64,000 nt of DNA from Minisyncoccia bacterium. Lineage in GTDB: Bacteria; Patescibacteriota; Minisyncoccia; Phycocordibacterales; UBA9973. The notes under the pieces were generated by a model. It did no database searches and had not been told where the DNA came from. It was given only the letters and a program-made list of their open reading frames with translations. Location: assembly GCA_039809265.1 (NCBI GenBank), contig JBDHUR010000001.1, positions 5,914 to 69,913 of the forward strand, given 5' to 3'. A program made the position numbers and the translations under genes. Positions 26,899 to 36,756 of this stretch are shown here, piece after piece (positions within the stretch are counted from its first letter, which is position 1; each line of letters opens with the position of its first letter).

Positions 26899-28230
26899 TT
26901 AATTCTTGGCGAATTTTTTAGAAAGTGTTTTACTTTTATCTTCTATAAGAAGTGTATAAACTCCGGGTAGCAGGTCACTCACATTCAAACTATTTACTGC
27001 AACAGACTTCTTAATAAAAGAACCCTTTGCATCATAAACAGTAAGAGAAGCCTTGTCGGAAATACCTGACACATACAATACATCTGTGGTCGGATTCGGA
27101 TATACCAACACTTGGGGCAGAGCGTTTTGTAATTGCGTAAGACTTGTAGTAGAAGACAAAGACAGGAGCAGATTTATCCCAGACTGAGCAGGGAAATAGT
27201 TTGCTATTGGGCAAGCAATATCTTGCTTGCCGTCACCATTGTAGTCCGCGATGCAAAGCGAATGCACCGGCAAGACAAATGAGTACTGAGAAGCGAACAA
27301 AGTCCCATTACCAGACTTATCTGCAATAGTTATACCGCTGTTACTGACAAATACAAACTCTTTTGTGCCGTCTGCATCCAAATCTACTACGGAAATATCG
27401 TTTGCATCGTAAGCAGTGGATGGTAAGGGACTTATGTTGGGAGTAGTATTTTGTCCCAAACTGAACTCGTACAAACTTCCAGATGAAGCAGCATACAACT
27501 TGCCATCACTCACAGTGTAAGACGCTATATTGCCGAGTGAGTAAGCGGTTAAAACATTACCAGCAAAATCTTGCTCTATGATACCGCTTGGCGTCCGCGC
27601 AAATATCTGACTACCATAGAACACAAAGTCGTCTCGCCATTCGGGTGTCACTATCTCTGTGATCGTAAACCCAGCGGCAGAAGGCTCTGCCAGAGAATAC
27701 GATGGTGTATAGATTGGGAGTTGAAAATGAGAGATTAAGATCTTCCCAGTTGCTTCATCTATAGCAAAGTTTTCTGTAGTACGGTTTGCATGGTAAGTAT
27801 TTACTTGCCCAAAAGTTCCATTTGGATTTTGGTAAGAAATACCTATAGAGTCATACAAGTTCAGCACCACATCCTGCAGGCCATCTCCATCGTAATCATG
27901 AAGACCTATGTCGTGGGTTACGCTATTGTACAGCTGGCTCTGAGGAGAAGGTACATATGAATACGATCCCGAAAGAGAGAAGCCGCCTTGGCCATCTCCG
28001 AGTAAAACATTGAAACGAAAATCCGTTGCAAAGTTTATTAGACCCGAGTAGCTGTTGTTGAACACGATGTCCATACGGCCATCGGCATTTATATCTTTAG
28101 CTATCATACCCTCGGGGCGTGTGCCGGAAGATATAAACGTGGTGCCATAAGTCTGCGCAAATGCTTTTGCAAAGAATACAGTGCAAAGATAAAGCGCAAT
28201 AAATAGCAGGAGAAATACTTTCTTTTTCAT
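26899..28230 (-). CDS. FG-GAP/VCBS-repeat secreted protein with T9SS type A C-terminal sorting domain
   Basis: Signal AFA|Q; repeats DINADGRMD, DYDGDGLQD, DLDADGTKE and DYNGDGKQD; tail VYPNPTTD..VYDAKG..DLLPGVY..KKFAKN. Confidence 0.88.
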   Translation of the reverse strand: MKKKVFLLLFIALYLCTVFFAKAFAQTYGTTFISSGTRPEGMIAKDINADGRMDIVFNNSYSGLINFATDFRFNVLLGDGQGGFSLSGSYSYVPSPQSQLYNSVTHDIGLHDYDGDGLQDVVLNLYDSIGISYQNPNGTFGQVNTYHANRTTENFAIDEATGKILISHFQLPIYTPSYSLAEPSAAGFTITEIVTPEWRDDFVFYGSQIFARTPSGIIEQDFAGNVLTAYSLGNIASYTVSDGKLYAASSGSLYEFSLGQNTTPNISPLPSTAYDANDISVVDLDADGTKEFVFVSNSGITIADKSGNGTLFASQYSFVLPVHSLCIADYNGDGKQDIACPIANYFPAQSGINLLLSLSSTTSLTQLQNALPQVLVYPNPTTDVLYVSGISDKASLTVYDAKGSFIKKSVAVNSLNVSDLLPGVYTLLIEDKSKTLSKKFAKN

Positions 28231-28422
28231 AATTATATGTTTTTGAATTTACTTTTTCCTTGTCATTGTATCAGGAAAAAGTCATTTTGTCAAGGTAAAA
28301 ATGGGGAAAACCAGAGAAGGTTACAGGCGCAGAGAACCACCAACTGCACCTGTGAAAAACAACCAGCCATGAAAAGTCTTGTATTTAAAATAAAGATTTA
28401 ACTTGTACGAAGAGTAACAGCA

Positions 28423-29196
28423 CTAAAGGTCAAAGTCAAGCAAAATAGGGCAGTGATCGCTGCCATAGTAATCTGCGAGTGTTTTGAATTTTTCTACATT
28501 TTTTACAAAAGCAGAATTTACAAAAAAGTAATCTATCCGCCAGCCCACATTTCTGTCGCGAGCCTTAGTCTTTTGATCCCAATAAGTGTATACATCTTTC
28601 GTATTTGGGTACATGTGGCGAAAAACATCTACATACCCATGCGCCACAACTTCGTCGAGCCACGCTCTTTCTTCAGGTAAAAATCCAGTATTCTCTTCAT
28701 TTTCTTTTGGTCTGGCAAGATCTAGAGAAGTGTGTGCAGTATTTACATCTCCACAAAAAATTATATTTTTCTTTTGCTTTTTCAAATTGTCTATAAAAGA
28801 TAAAAATGCATCATAGAAGCGCAGTTTGTAATCCAGCCTGTGCGGCCCTCCACCGCCATTCGGGAAATAGCAATTCAAGAGAACAAAGTTATCATAATGT
28901 GCAACAAGCGTGCGACCTTCATCGTCAAATTCTTTTATGCCTATGCCGTATTCCACCTTCTCCGGCTCATACTTGGAATATATCGCTACGCCGCTATAGC
29001 CCTTTTTTACCACAGAAGAAGAAAAGTATGCGTAGTAATTTTTATAGTGTGCAACATTTTCCGGCAGCTGCTCTTTGTCAGCCTTTGTCTCTTGCAAGCA
29101 AAGTATGTCTGGTTTGTATTTACTGAAAATTGGTTCAAAATTGCCTTGCTTTGCTGTCGCCCGCAAGCCATTGGTATTCCAAGAAATTATCCTCAT
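28423..29196 (-). CDS. xth: Exodeoxyribonuclease III
   Basis: MRIISWN, LQETK, GYSGVA, YFPNG, GDVNTAH, GWRIDYF and SDHCP motifs. Confidence 0.97.
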   Translation of the reverse strand: MRIISWNTNGLRATAKQGNFEPIFSKYKPDILCLQETKADKEQLPENVAHYKNYYAYFSSSVVKKGYSGVAIYSKYEPEKVEYGIGIKEFDDEGRTLVAHYDNFVLLNCYFPNGGGGPHRLDYKLRFYDAFLSFIDNLKKQKKNIIFCGDVNTAHTSLDLARPKENEENTGFLPEERAWLDEVVAHGYVDVFRHMYPNTKDVYTYWDQKTKARDRNVGWRIDYFFVNSAFVKNVEKFKTLADYYGSDHCPILLDFDL

Positions 29197-29312
29197 ACCA
29201 TGCCATTTTATCATACATCTGGGTTGCATATAAAATGTTTTTAGATATAATACAAAGTCCAGTTCTTAAATAATAAAAAAATCAACAAAAACAACAAAAA
29301 AAAAGTAAAATT

Positions 29313-30044
29313 ATGAGTTTAACAAATCTTCAAATCATTGCTCACAGTACTATACTGATGGGTGGACTGCTGTCTACGGTAGTTGCAACAAAAAACTTGA
29401 TAAAAATAAAACAACCACCAAAACGAATGCTGTACTACCTAGTACCATTTGCCATCTATCTGTTGGGACTTTGGTTGGTGCCAAACCATCACATAGACAA
29501 TAATGAACGTGCAAATGGATTTATCATAACTACGGCAATTATAATCACGCTCGGAGTTATATCTGTATTCTTAATACTCCTCCGCAAACAAACAGAAGAA
29601 AACTGGAGAAGGATTATTTACCGCGAAGTCATAATACAAAAATGGCTTATAGGTTTTCTTGTTTTGTACTGCTTGTGCGGAGCAATACAGCTCTACAGAT
29701 TTTATGGAACACCAAATTGGATAATGGTCACCCTACAAATCGCGGTTCAATTTTTCTTTGGCATAGCAGTAGAAGGAGAATTTACTACCTACAAAAAATT
29801 ACTTGAAGAAAAATCAAATTTCAGAATCATAAAAGTAGAAAAGAATATCTTAAAATGGCTTGTTATCTCTGTTATTCTGAGTTCAATAGTTACATTTGGA
29901 TTTCTCCAAGCTCATGGTATAAAAAATTTACAAGGTATAGTAACAACATTCCTTACTGCTACTGGTTTTGGACTTTTAATAATACTTTTCATATCTGTAG
30001 TACTCTTTAATCACAAAAATAAAAAAGGAATAATATCTAAATAA
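29313..30044 (+). CDS. Orphan multi-pass (about 7 TM) membrane protein
   Basis: Hydrophobic helices, AT-rich sequence, TTGCAT/TATAAT promoter and a poly-A-rich leader. Confidence 0.75.
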   Translation: MSLTNLQIIAHSTILMGGLLSTVVATKNLIKIKQPPKRMLYYLVPFAIYLLGLWLVPNHHIDNNERANGFIITTAIIITLGVISVFLILLRKQTEENWRRIIYREVIIQKWLIGFLVLYCLCGAIQLYRFYGTPNWIMVTLQIAVQFFFGIAVEGEFTTYKKLLEEKSNFRIIKVEKNILKWLVISVILSSIVTFGFLQAHGIKNLQGIVTTFLTATGFGLLIILFISVVLFNHKNKKGIISK

Positions 30045-30099
30045 AAAAGAAGCGCCATACTGACAAAAAGTTTGTATGGCGTTTATATTTGTTTTCATT

Positions 30100-31095
30100 T
30101 TATTTCCTTTTACCATGAAACCTTTTATGTATTTCTCGCAAATGACTATCTGTTACATGTGTATAGACTTGAGTCGTGGAGATATTCGCATGTCCTAACA
30201 TCATTTGCACACTACGTATATCTGCTCCATTGCTCAATAAGTCTGTGGCAAAACTATGACGTATGACGTGTGGTGTAACTTTTTTTGTAATGCCTGCAAT
30301 AGTTGCATAATTCTTTACTATTCTCTCTATCGAGCGACGGGTTAGAGGCGGGAGGTCTAGTGTTTCTTCTTTGCCTTTCTTTTTAGTTTTCTGTGCGCTT
30401 TTATTTTCTGTTTCTTTTTCCTTTTTATTTTTTTCTTTGCGCATCTCTATACCGACCTGCACAAAAAGAGCTTCGGACATATCTTTTCTCGCATTCATAT
30501 ATGCTCGCACCGCCCGTCTAGCATCCTCAGAAAGAAAGACTACCCGTACCTTGCCGCCCTTTCCACGGATAGGAAAATCATCTAAAGACAAATCGAGGTC
30601 GCTTGTCAAAGAACAAAGTTCTGATACACGAAGCCCAGTGGAGAACAGAAGCTCAAGGATAGCTTTATCTCGCAAACTTTTAAGATCATTGCCCTTCGGT
30701 GCAGAAAGCAAACGCGAAAGCTCGGATGGAGAGATAAGATCAAGCGAACGCTCGGTTACTTTTGCCAGCTCTATTTTGTCTTTTTGTAAACTTTTTATAT
30801 CCATTTTTGCCAGAAATTTCAGAAATACCCGCAAGGCTATCATGTAGTAGTTTTGAGTTTTTTTGGAGAGAGTTTTGCCTGTGGCGCGATTGTTGCCGGT
30901 AGACTGGCGATTGAGCCACAAGCGAAAATCCCTCACTGAAGCGTCTGTTATATCCGAAGGGTCTTTTATTTTTGCGAAATTGAAATATCTGTCCAAATAG
31001 TGATCATAATTTTCTACCGTGCGGATACTGGAACCTTTTTCAATCTCCAGATATTCCAGAAATTGGCGTTTCAGATCAAGAATATTGTGCGACAT
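30100..31095 (-). CDS. XerC/D-like tyrosine recombinase
   Basis: SAM-like N-domain, TGLRVSEL, GKGGKVR, TPHVIRHSFAT and LGHANISTTQVYTH. Confidence 0.93.
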   Translation of the reverse strand: MSHNILDLKRQFLEYLEIEKGSSIRTVENYDHYLDRYFNFAKIKDPSDITDASVRDFRLWLNRQSTGNNRATGKTLSKKTQNYYMIALRVFLKFLAKMDIKSLQKDKIELAKVTERSLDLISPSELSRLLSAPKGNDLKSLRDKAILELLFSTGLRVSELCSLTSDLDLSLDDFPIRGKGGKVRVVFLSEDARRAVRAYMNARKDMSEALFVQVGIEMRKEKNKKEKETENKSAQKTKKKGKEETLDLPPLTRRSIERIVKNYATIAGITKKVTPHVIRHSFATDLLSNGADIRSVQMMLGHANISTTQVYTHVTDSHLREIHKRFHGKRK

Positions 31096-31149
31096 GGGTA
31101 CAGTATAGCACTACTTGCACAATTTCCAAGAATATGCTATTATACGCCC

Positions 31150-31413
31150 ATGCTTACGACAAAGAAAAAACAAGCAGTTATCAAGAAGTCCCGAGTGCAC
31201 GACAAAGACACTGGCTCTTCCCAAGTCCAGATAGGCATCTTGACTGAGCGTATAGAGGAGCTTGCAAAGCACCTAAAGACTCACAAGAAGGATAACCACT
31301 CCCGCCGAGGACTTATAAAGATGGTTGCTGACAGACGAACTCATCTGAAATATCTTGAACGCAAGGACAAGAATGCTCACGCGGAAGTCGTCAAAAAGAT
31401 CAAACTTGGCTAA
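31150..31413 (+). CDS. rpsO: 30S ribosomal protein S15
   Basis: DTGSSQVQI..HKKDNHSRRGL. Start ATG 31150. Confidence 0.97.
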   Translation: MLTTKKKQAVIKKSRVHDKDTGSSQVQIGILTERIEELAKHLKTHKKDNHSRRGLIKMVADRRTHLKYLERKDKNAHAEVVKKIKLG

Positions 31414-31531
31414 AACATAAACCCGCCATTTGAGCGGGTTTTGTGTTAGAATTCAAACAGCATAATAATGAATGAAGTAAAAATAAAAAAAATATATTTC
31501 ATGCGTAGTTTTAATAATTTTAATAGTAAAT

Positions 31532-32038
31532 ATGAGCATAATAAAGCATAAAGAACAGCGGGTGGGTATTTTTATAGATACACAAAACCTTTACCACACC
31601 GCAAAGAATTTATACAAAAGAAAGGTAAATTTTGGGCAAATATTAAAAGACGCCCTGGCTGGAAGAAAGCTAGTACGCGCTATAGCGTACGTCATAACAA
31701 GCGAAGCGGGAGACGAAAAGAATTTCTTTGAAGCTCTGACCAAGATGGGCATAGAAACAAAGACGAAAGACCTGCAAGTTTTCTCCAGCGGCGCCAAAAA
31801 AGCCGACTGGGATGTGGGACTCGCGGTAGACGCTGTCAAGATGGCTCTACGGCTAGACACGGTGATAATAGTTTCCGGAGACGGAGACTTTGTACCGCTT
31901 GTGGAATATCTGCAAACCATGACACAAGTAGAAGTAATATCTTTTGGGCAATCAACTTCTCAAAAATTGAAAGAAACAGCAGACGACTTCATGGATCTTT
32001 CCGTAAACCCAAGGAAATATCTGATAGGTATGCGATAA
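31532..32038 (+). CDS. NYN domain (LabA/DUF88) protein
   Basis: IFIDTQN, KADWDVGLAVD, SGDGDFVPL and ADDF motifs. Confidence 0.92.
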   Translation: MSIIKHKEQRVGIFIDTQNLYHTAKNLYKRKVNFGQILKDALAGRKLVRAIAYVITSEAGDEKNFFEALTKMGIETKTKDLQVFSSGAKKADWDVGLAVDAVKMALRLDTVIIVSGDGDFVPLVEYLQTMTQVEVISFGQSTSQKLKETADDFMDLSVNPRKYLIGMR

Positions 32039-32148
32039 AAAAATAGATTTTTACTGTAAAATATTTTGTAGCTATTTTGTTTTAATAAATAACTTGATAT
32101 TATTTAACTGTGTATGAGAGTATTATTATTATTTTAACAAGAATATTT

Positions 32149-32511
32149 ATGCAAAATAAATCTAGGTATATGTTCATATTAGCAGTCGTTGTAGTTTTTA
32201 TTATAGGAATAATAATTGGCAATAAATTGCTTCCCTCAAATATAAAGTCACAGGGTGCAAGAGCACTAGACTCACAAAAAGATACCGGGGTACCGACAAG
32301 AGCAGAGCAGGGAACACTGGAATATGCTGGCAACAACAACGGAACACAAAACAAACAAAAAGTCACCTGCACGAAGGGCCTTGTGAGTGTAACAATAGAA
32401 TTTGAAACACCCCCAGCTCACACACCAGGGACATACACAGGAACATATTCATCTACAGGGGGATTACTCGGAAGTGGCGCAATGACATGTACATGGAGTG
32501 AAGTCTACTAG
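32149..32511 (+). CDS. Orphan membrane-anchored protein
   Basis: N-terminal TM and a Thr/Gly-rich C-terminus with two Cys; start uncertain. Confidence 0.65.
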   Translation: MQNKSRYMFILAVVVVFIIGIIIGNKLLPSNIKSQGARALDSQKDTGVPTRAEQGTLEYAGNNNGTQNKQKVTCTKGLVSVTIEFETPPAHTPGTYTGTYSSTGGLLGSGAMTCTWSEVY

Positions 32512-32624
32512 ATAGAAAAAATTATTATCGTGTAAAACACCCGCAAAATTGCGGGTGTTTTACAATCTACTTGACAATAATAAATTATTATGATACGATT
32601 CAAAAAACATTAAAAATAAACAAG

Positions 32625-33089
32625 ATGAAACATTCTCTTTTAATTATCTCACTAAGTATTCACGTTGTGGCAATACTTATCGGAAGTCAAATCATATATA
32701 ATTTAATCAAAGAATTATATATAGGACTGCTCCTAGGTATGCGTTTTGAAAACAATGACACAGTAACAACACAAGTTGTGTTACGCGGTGTTCTTTTTTT
32801 CACCACATATTTATTCTACATAATGGCATATTATTTTTTACTGAGAAAAATCCCGCTGACATTTCCTAAAAAAAGTTTGTATATTGGAATATTTTTATAT
32901 ATAGCAATTGGTATGTTATTAGTAAAATTAATAACCTTTACAACTATTAGCGTGACTACATACAACACCAGCCTTAGTATTTGGGACTTTCTTGTAATAT
33001 ATTCCCTGTTTTTTGTTTCCCTTATTATAGTTGTAATACATGGACTAAAAATGAGAAATTATATTCTACTGAAGAAGAAACGCGAATAA
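32625..33089 (+). CDS. Orphan four-TM membrane protein
   Basis: Very AT-rich; promoter TTGACA(32571)-17bp-TACGAT; start ATG 32625. Confidence 0.65.
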   Translation: MKHSLLIISLSIHVVAILIGSQIIYNLIKELYIGLLLGMRFENNDTVTTQVVLRGVLFFTTYLFYIMAYYFLLRKIPLTFPKKSLYIGIFLYIAIGMLLVKLITFTTISVTTYNTSLSIWDFLVIYSLFFVSLIIVVIHGLKMRNYILLKKKRE

Positions 33090-33188
33090 AAACAAAAATA
33101 AAATTAAACAAAAATCCCCCTAATATGATTAGAGGGATTTTATTTTAATAGTTTCACTTTGGCGGTTTTTCGTGATAAAGTGGAGGCT

Positions 33189-35381
33189 ATGAAACAAAAA
33201 GAATACTCTTTAGAAATTGAGGGCAAGAAAATAACAGCTGTATTTTCAGACCTGGCAGACCAGGCCAACGGCTCCGTCATACTAAAGTGCGAAGACACTG
33301 TGGTCATGGCAACAGCAGTCATATCTAAAAGCGCAGAAAAAAGTCTTGGATTTTTCAATCTGACTGTGGAGTATCTGGAAAAATATTATGCTGCTGGACT
33401 GATACTTGGCGGGCAATACAACAAACGCGAAGGCAGACCTTCAGACGAAGCTATACTTTCCTCGCGTATCATAGACCGAACTATACGCCCGCTTTTTGAT
33501 AAACACATAAAGAATGCTGTTCAGGTCATCGTCACTGTTTTATCCGTGGGACAAGCGGACCCTGGAGTGCTCGGCATAAATGCAGCGTCTTTGGCATTAG
33601 CAACTTCAGATATACCTTGGGGTGGACCAGTCGGTGCAGTACATATAGGCAAAGTGAAAGGGACAAATGAGATAAGGTACGACGAGTACGTTCCCCACAA
33701 TGGCGAACCGGTTTACGACCTTGACCTGACCGTTTGCGGAAAAGAAGGCAAGATTATGATGATAGAGGCTATGACGTTTGAAATGAATGAGGAAGAGGTA
33801 GGTCAAGCTTTTGACAAAGCGAACGAACACATAGCACAGATAGAAAATTGGCAAAAACAAATCGCCAGTGAGATAGGCAAGAAAAAATTAGAATTCCCGA
33901 AACCACAAACTCCGGAAGAGATAAAAACAGAGTTTATAAACACTATAGGCCACGAACTCATGGACGGGCTTTTTATGAAAGGCAAGTTTGAAGGCACGCT
34001 TTCTAAAAACAACATCACAGACTTTGAGCTAAAATGGAAGGAAAAGGCAGAAGAAATGTATCCGCCATCTGCCGACTACAAGGCCAACAAAGCAAACGAG
34101 GAACTGCGCAATATAGCCCACGACTACTTCCACCACGAGCTGGACAGAGTACTGCACGAAGGCGCCCTAAAAGAAGGCCACCGCGCGGACGGCAGAGCAA
34201 TGAACGAAGTCCGCGCCTTGTATGCAAAAGCAGGCGGATTTTCTCCTGTACTTCACGGCACAGGCATATTTTACCGCGGAGAAACACATGTCCTTTCTGC
34301 GCTGACTTTGGGCGGACCAGCAGATATGTATGTGTTGGATGGGATGGAAGTGCGAGGAGAAAAAAGGTTTATGCATCACTACAACTTTCCGCCGTACTCT
34401 GCCGGAGAAACTGGCCGTGTGGGCGGACTAAATAGACGCGAAATGGGGCATGGCATGCTGGCAGAAAAAGCTCTTGTGCCGGTACTTCCTTCAAAGATGG
34501 ATTTCCCTTATACCATTCGGCTAGTTTCTGAATCTATGGCATCCAATGGTTCCACTTCACAAGCTTCCATCTGCGCATCATCGCTTGCGCTTATGGACGG
34601 CGGAGTACCTATCAAGTCTCCTGTTGCCGGCATTGCTATGGGTGCAATGATAGACGAAGTAAATCATACAGACTATAAAATATTGACAGACATCCAAGGC
34701 CCAGAAGACCACCATGGAGACATGGACTTCAAGGTCGCAGGCACAAGAAGCGGGATAACTGCTATGCAGCTGGATATAAAAGTCGGCGGTATAGCGCCAG
34801 CAATTTTGAAAGAGGCACTGGTACAGGCAAAAGATGCTAGGCTTAAAATACTAGACACTATAGAAGCCGAAATACAGAAACCGAGAACAGATATCTCATC
34901 AAAAGCACCAAAAATATTGATAATGAAAATAAAGACAGAACAGATAGGACTTGTGATAGGCTCTGGAGGCAAAACCGTAAATGGGATAAAAGACAAAACC
35001 GGAGCAGAGATTACCATAGAAGACGACGGCACAGTATACATTACCGGCAAAAACGGCAGTGCCGAAGAAGCCAAGAAGATAGTGGAAGCACTGACAAAAG
35101 AGTGGAAAGTAGGTGACATTGCCGAAGGGCTTGTGGTGAAAATCCTGGAGATCGGCGCAGTAGTCGCACTTTCAGAATATTCGGACGGACTTGTCCACAT
35201 ATCTGAGATAGCACCATTTCGCGTGCAGAAAGTTACAGATGTGCTGAAAGAAGGACAGAGAATACCGGTAAAAGTTGTCGCCGTAGACAACGAACGTGGG
35301 CGCATAAGTCTCTCCATAAAAGAAGCGGACAAAAACTTTATAAAAAATCCGTACCAGCAAATACCAGCAACACAAGCATAG
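33189..35381 (+). CDS. pnp: Polyribonucleotide nucleotidyltransferase
   Basis: IDRTIRPLF, RGETHVL, HHYNFPPYS, SNGSTS, EDHHGDMDFKVAGT motifs; KH and S1 domains. Confidence 0.98.
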   Translation: MKQKEYSLEIEGKKITAVFSDLADQANGSVILKCEDTVVMATAVISKSAEKSLGFFNLTVEYLEKYYAAGLILGGQYNKREGRPSDEAILSSRIIDRTIRPLFDKHIKNAVQVIVTVLSVGQADPGVLGINAASLALATSDIPWGGPVGAVHIGKVKGTNEIRYDEYVPHNGEPVYDLDLTVCGKEGKIMMIEAMTFEMNEEEVGQAFDKANEHIAQIENWQKQIASEIGKKKLEFPKPQTPEEIKTEFINTIGHELMDGLFMKGKFEGTLSKNNITDFELKWKEKAEEMYPPSADYKANKANEELRNIAHDYFHHELDRVLHEGALKEGHRADGRAMNEVRALYAKAGGFSPVLHGTGIFYRGETHVLSALTLGGPADMYVLDGMEVRGEKRFMHHYNFPPYSAGETGRVGGLNRREMGHGMLAEKALVPVLPSKMDFPYTIRLVSESMASNGSTSQASICASSLALMDGGVPIKSPVAGIAMGAMIDEVNHTDYKILTDIQGPEDHHGDMDFKVAGTRSGITAMQLDIKVGGIAPAILKEALVQAKDARLKILDTIEAEIQKPRTDISSKAPKILIMKIKTEQIGLVIGSGGKTVNGIKDKTGAEITIEDDGTVYITGKNGSAEEAKKIVEALTKEWKVGDIAEGLVVKILEIGAVVALSEYSDGLVHISEIAPFRVQKVTDVLKEGQRIPVKVVAVDNERGRISLSIKEADKNFIKNPYQQIPATQA

Positions 35382-35440
35382 AAACTTTCTCGCAAAAAAT
35401 CGCCGACTTTTCTGGCGATTTTTTGCTATAATACAAAAAC

Positions 35441-36343
35441 ATGGATCCAAATGAAACTCAAAAAAGCACCGAGAAAATAAACTCACAGCCTGTTGTGCTG
35501 CGCACGTTTTCTTCTGACTTGGCAGATGCGATAAAAAGTGGGGAAGCTTCTATGGTAAAGATAGCCATGGCGGAACAAAAGAAAAAAGAAGCCGAGTATG
35601 AAAACTTTTCTCCTCAGTCCAAGAAAAACAAGTTCTTTATTATGGGCAGTTCGGTGCTAGTAGCGCTTGGCATCATAGGCATAGGGTTTTACTTTTTGTA
35701 CGGCAGAAGCCAGCCAGAGCAGGTAGTGAACACAACACCTCAATTCCAGTCTTTGATATACGCAAACCAAAATAAAGGTTACGACCTAACAGACCTAGAG
35801 CGCAACCAGGTGCAAAACATAATCCAAAATGAGATAAAAAATGCTTCCGTAGGCAACAACGAGATATTGAACATGTATTTCATAACTAAAGACAACGTAA
35901 ACGCAACAAAGCTAAACAGCCAGCAATTCTTCACTGCTATAGGAGCAAGTATTCCAGGGAGAGCAGCGCGCACTTTGGCAAACGACTTCATGCTCGGTAT
36001 ACACAAGGGAACTGTTTCAGACAAAAACACTCCTTTTATCTTGTTAAACACTACCGACTACGACAGTATGTATGCGGGCATGCTGGAATGGGAACCAAAA
36101 ATGATGGACGACTTTTTTATAATGTTTAACATATCTGTAGCAGGAGACAAGAACTACTTACTGACAAAGAGTTTCCAAGACGGGACATTTAGAAACATAG
36201 ATATCCGAACACTGCTAGACAAAGACGGCAACACCGTCATCATGTACGGTTTCATAAACCCGCGTACGGTTATCATAACAGCAAGCCAAGAAACATTTGC
36301 CGAGGTGATGAACCGCTACAATGCCAGCCGTCTGGAGAGGTAG
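35441..36343 (+). CDS. Conserved CPR single-TM hypothetical protein
   Basis: LRTFSSDLADAI N-terminus, one TM helix and YAGMLEWE. Confidence 0.7.
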   Translation: MDPNETQKSTEKINSQPVVLRTFSSDLADAIKSGEASMVKIAMAEQKKKEAEYENFSPQSKKNKFFIMGSSVLVALGIIGIGFYFLYGRSQPEQVVNTTPQFQSLIYANQNKGYDLTDLERNQVQNIIQNEIKNASVGNNEILNMYFITKDNVNATKLNSQQFFTAIGASIPGRAARTLANDFMLGIHKGTVSDKNTPFILLNTTDYDSMYAGMLEWEPKMMDDFFIMFNISVAGDKNYLLTKSFQDGTFRNIDIRTLLDKDGNTVIMYGFINPRTVIITASQETFAEVMNRYNASRLER

Positions 36344-36378
36344 CTTGCCATTTGTGTCTCGGATGCTATGATAAAGCT

Positions 36379-36732
36379 ATGAAAACAGATGTATACAAAG
36401 AAAAATTGTTGGAAGAAAAAGGCATACTAGAAGAAGAACTCCGTGGCTTGGGCAGAGTGGTAAACACTGAAACAGGCGACTGGGAAGCGGTGCCAGAGGA
36501 AAGTCTGCCTGAAGCGGACGAGAATGACCTTGCAGACAAAGCTGAAAACTATGAAGAAAGAACAGCTATGCTAAATACGCTTGAAGCAAGGCTTGTAGAT
36601 GTAAACTTGGCACTCCAGAAAATATCCGACGGCAACTACGGCAAATGCGAAGTCTCCGGCGAGATGATAGAAGAAGACCGGCTCATGGCAAACCCAGCTG
36701 CGCGGACATGCAAAGCTCACATGAATTCTTAA
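36379..36732 (+). CDS. DksA/TraR family protein
   Basis: Acidic coiled-coil tip (ADENDLAD) and GNYGKCEVSG..RLMANPAARTCKAH. Confidence 0.88.
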   Translation: MKTDVYKEKLLEEKGILEEELRGLGRVVNTETGDWEAVPEESLPEADENDLADKAENYEERTAMLNTLEARLVDVNLALQKISDGNYGKCEVSGEMIEEDRLMANPAARTCKAHMNS

Positions 36733-36756
36733 TACTAATTTTCTAAATTAAATAAA

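Noticed and set aside
26899-28230. T9SS-CTD gene as simple contamination
   Set aside because: It is internal to the contig, has the same promoter design as other local orphans and shares a terminator with a core gene. Read mapping is still needed to exclude a chimera.
30100-31095. Tyrosine recombinase as a prophage, ICE or integron integrase
   Set aside because: It has Xer-like length and motifs and core-gene flanks. I saw no att duplications, attC-like sites or phage genes, and could not identify a dif site.
36640-36725. Two-Cys zinc finger in the DksA-like protein
   Set aside because: Reduced-Cys DksA/TraR variants are already known.
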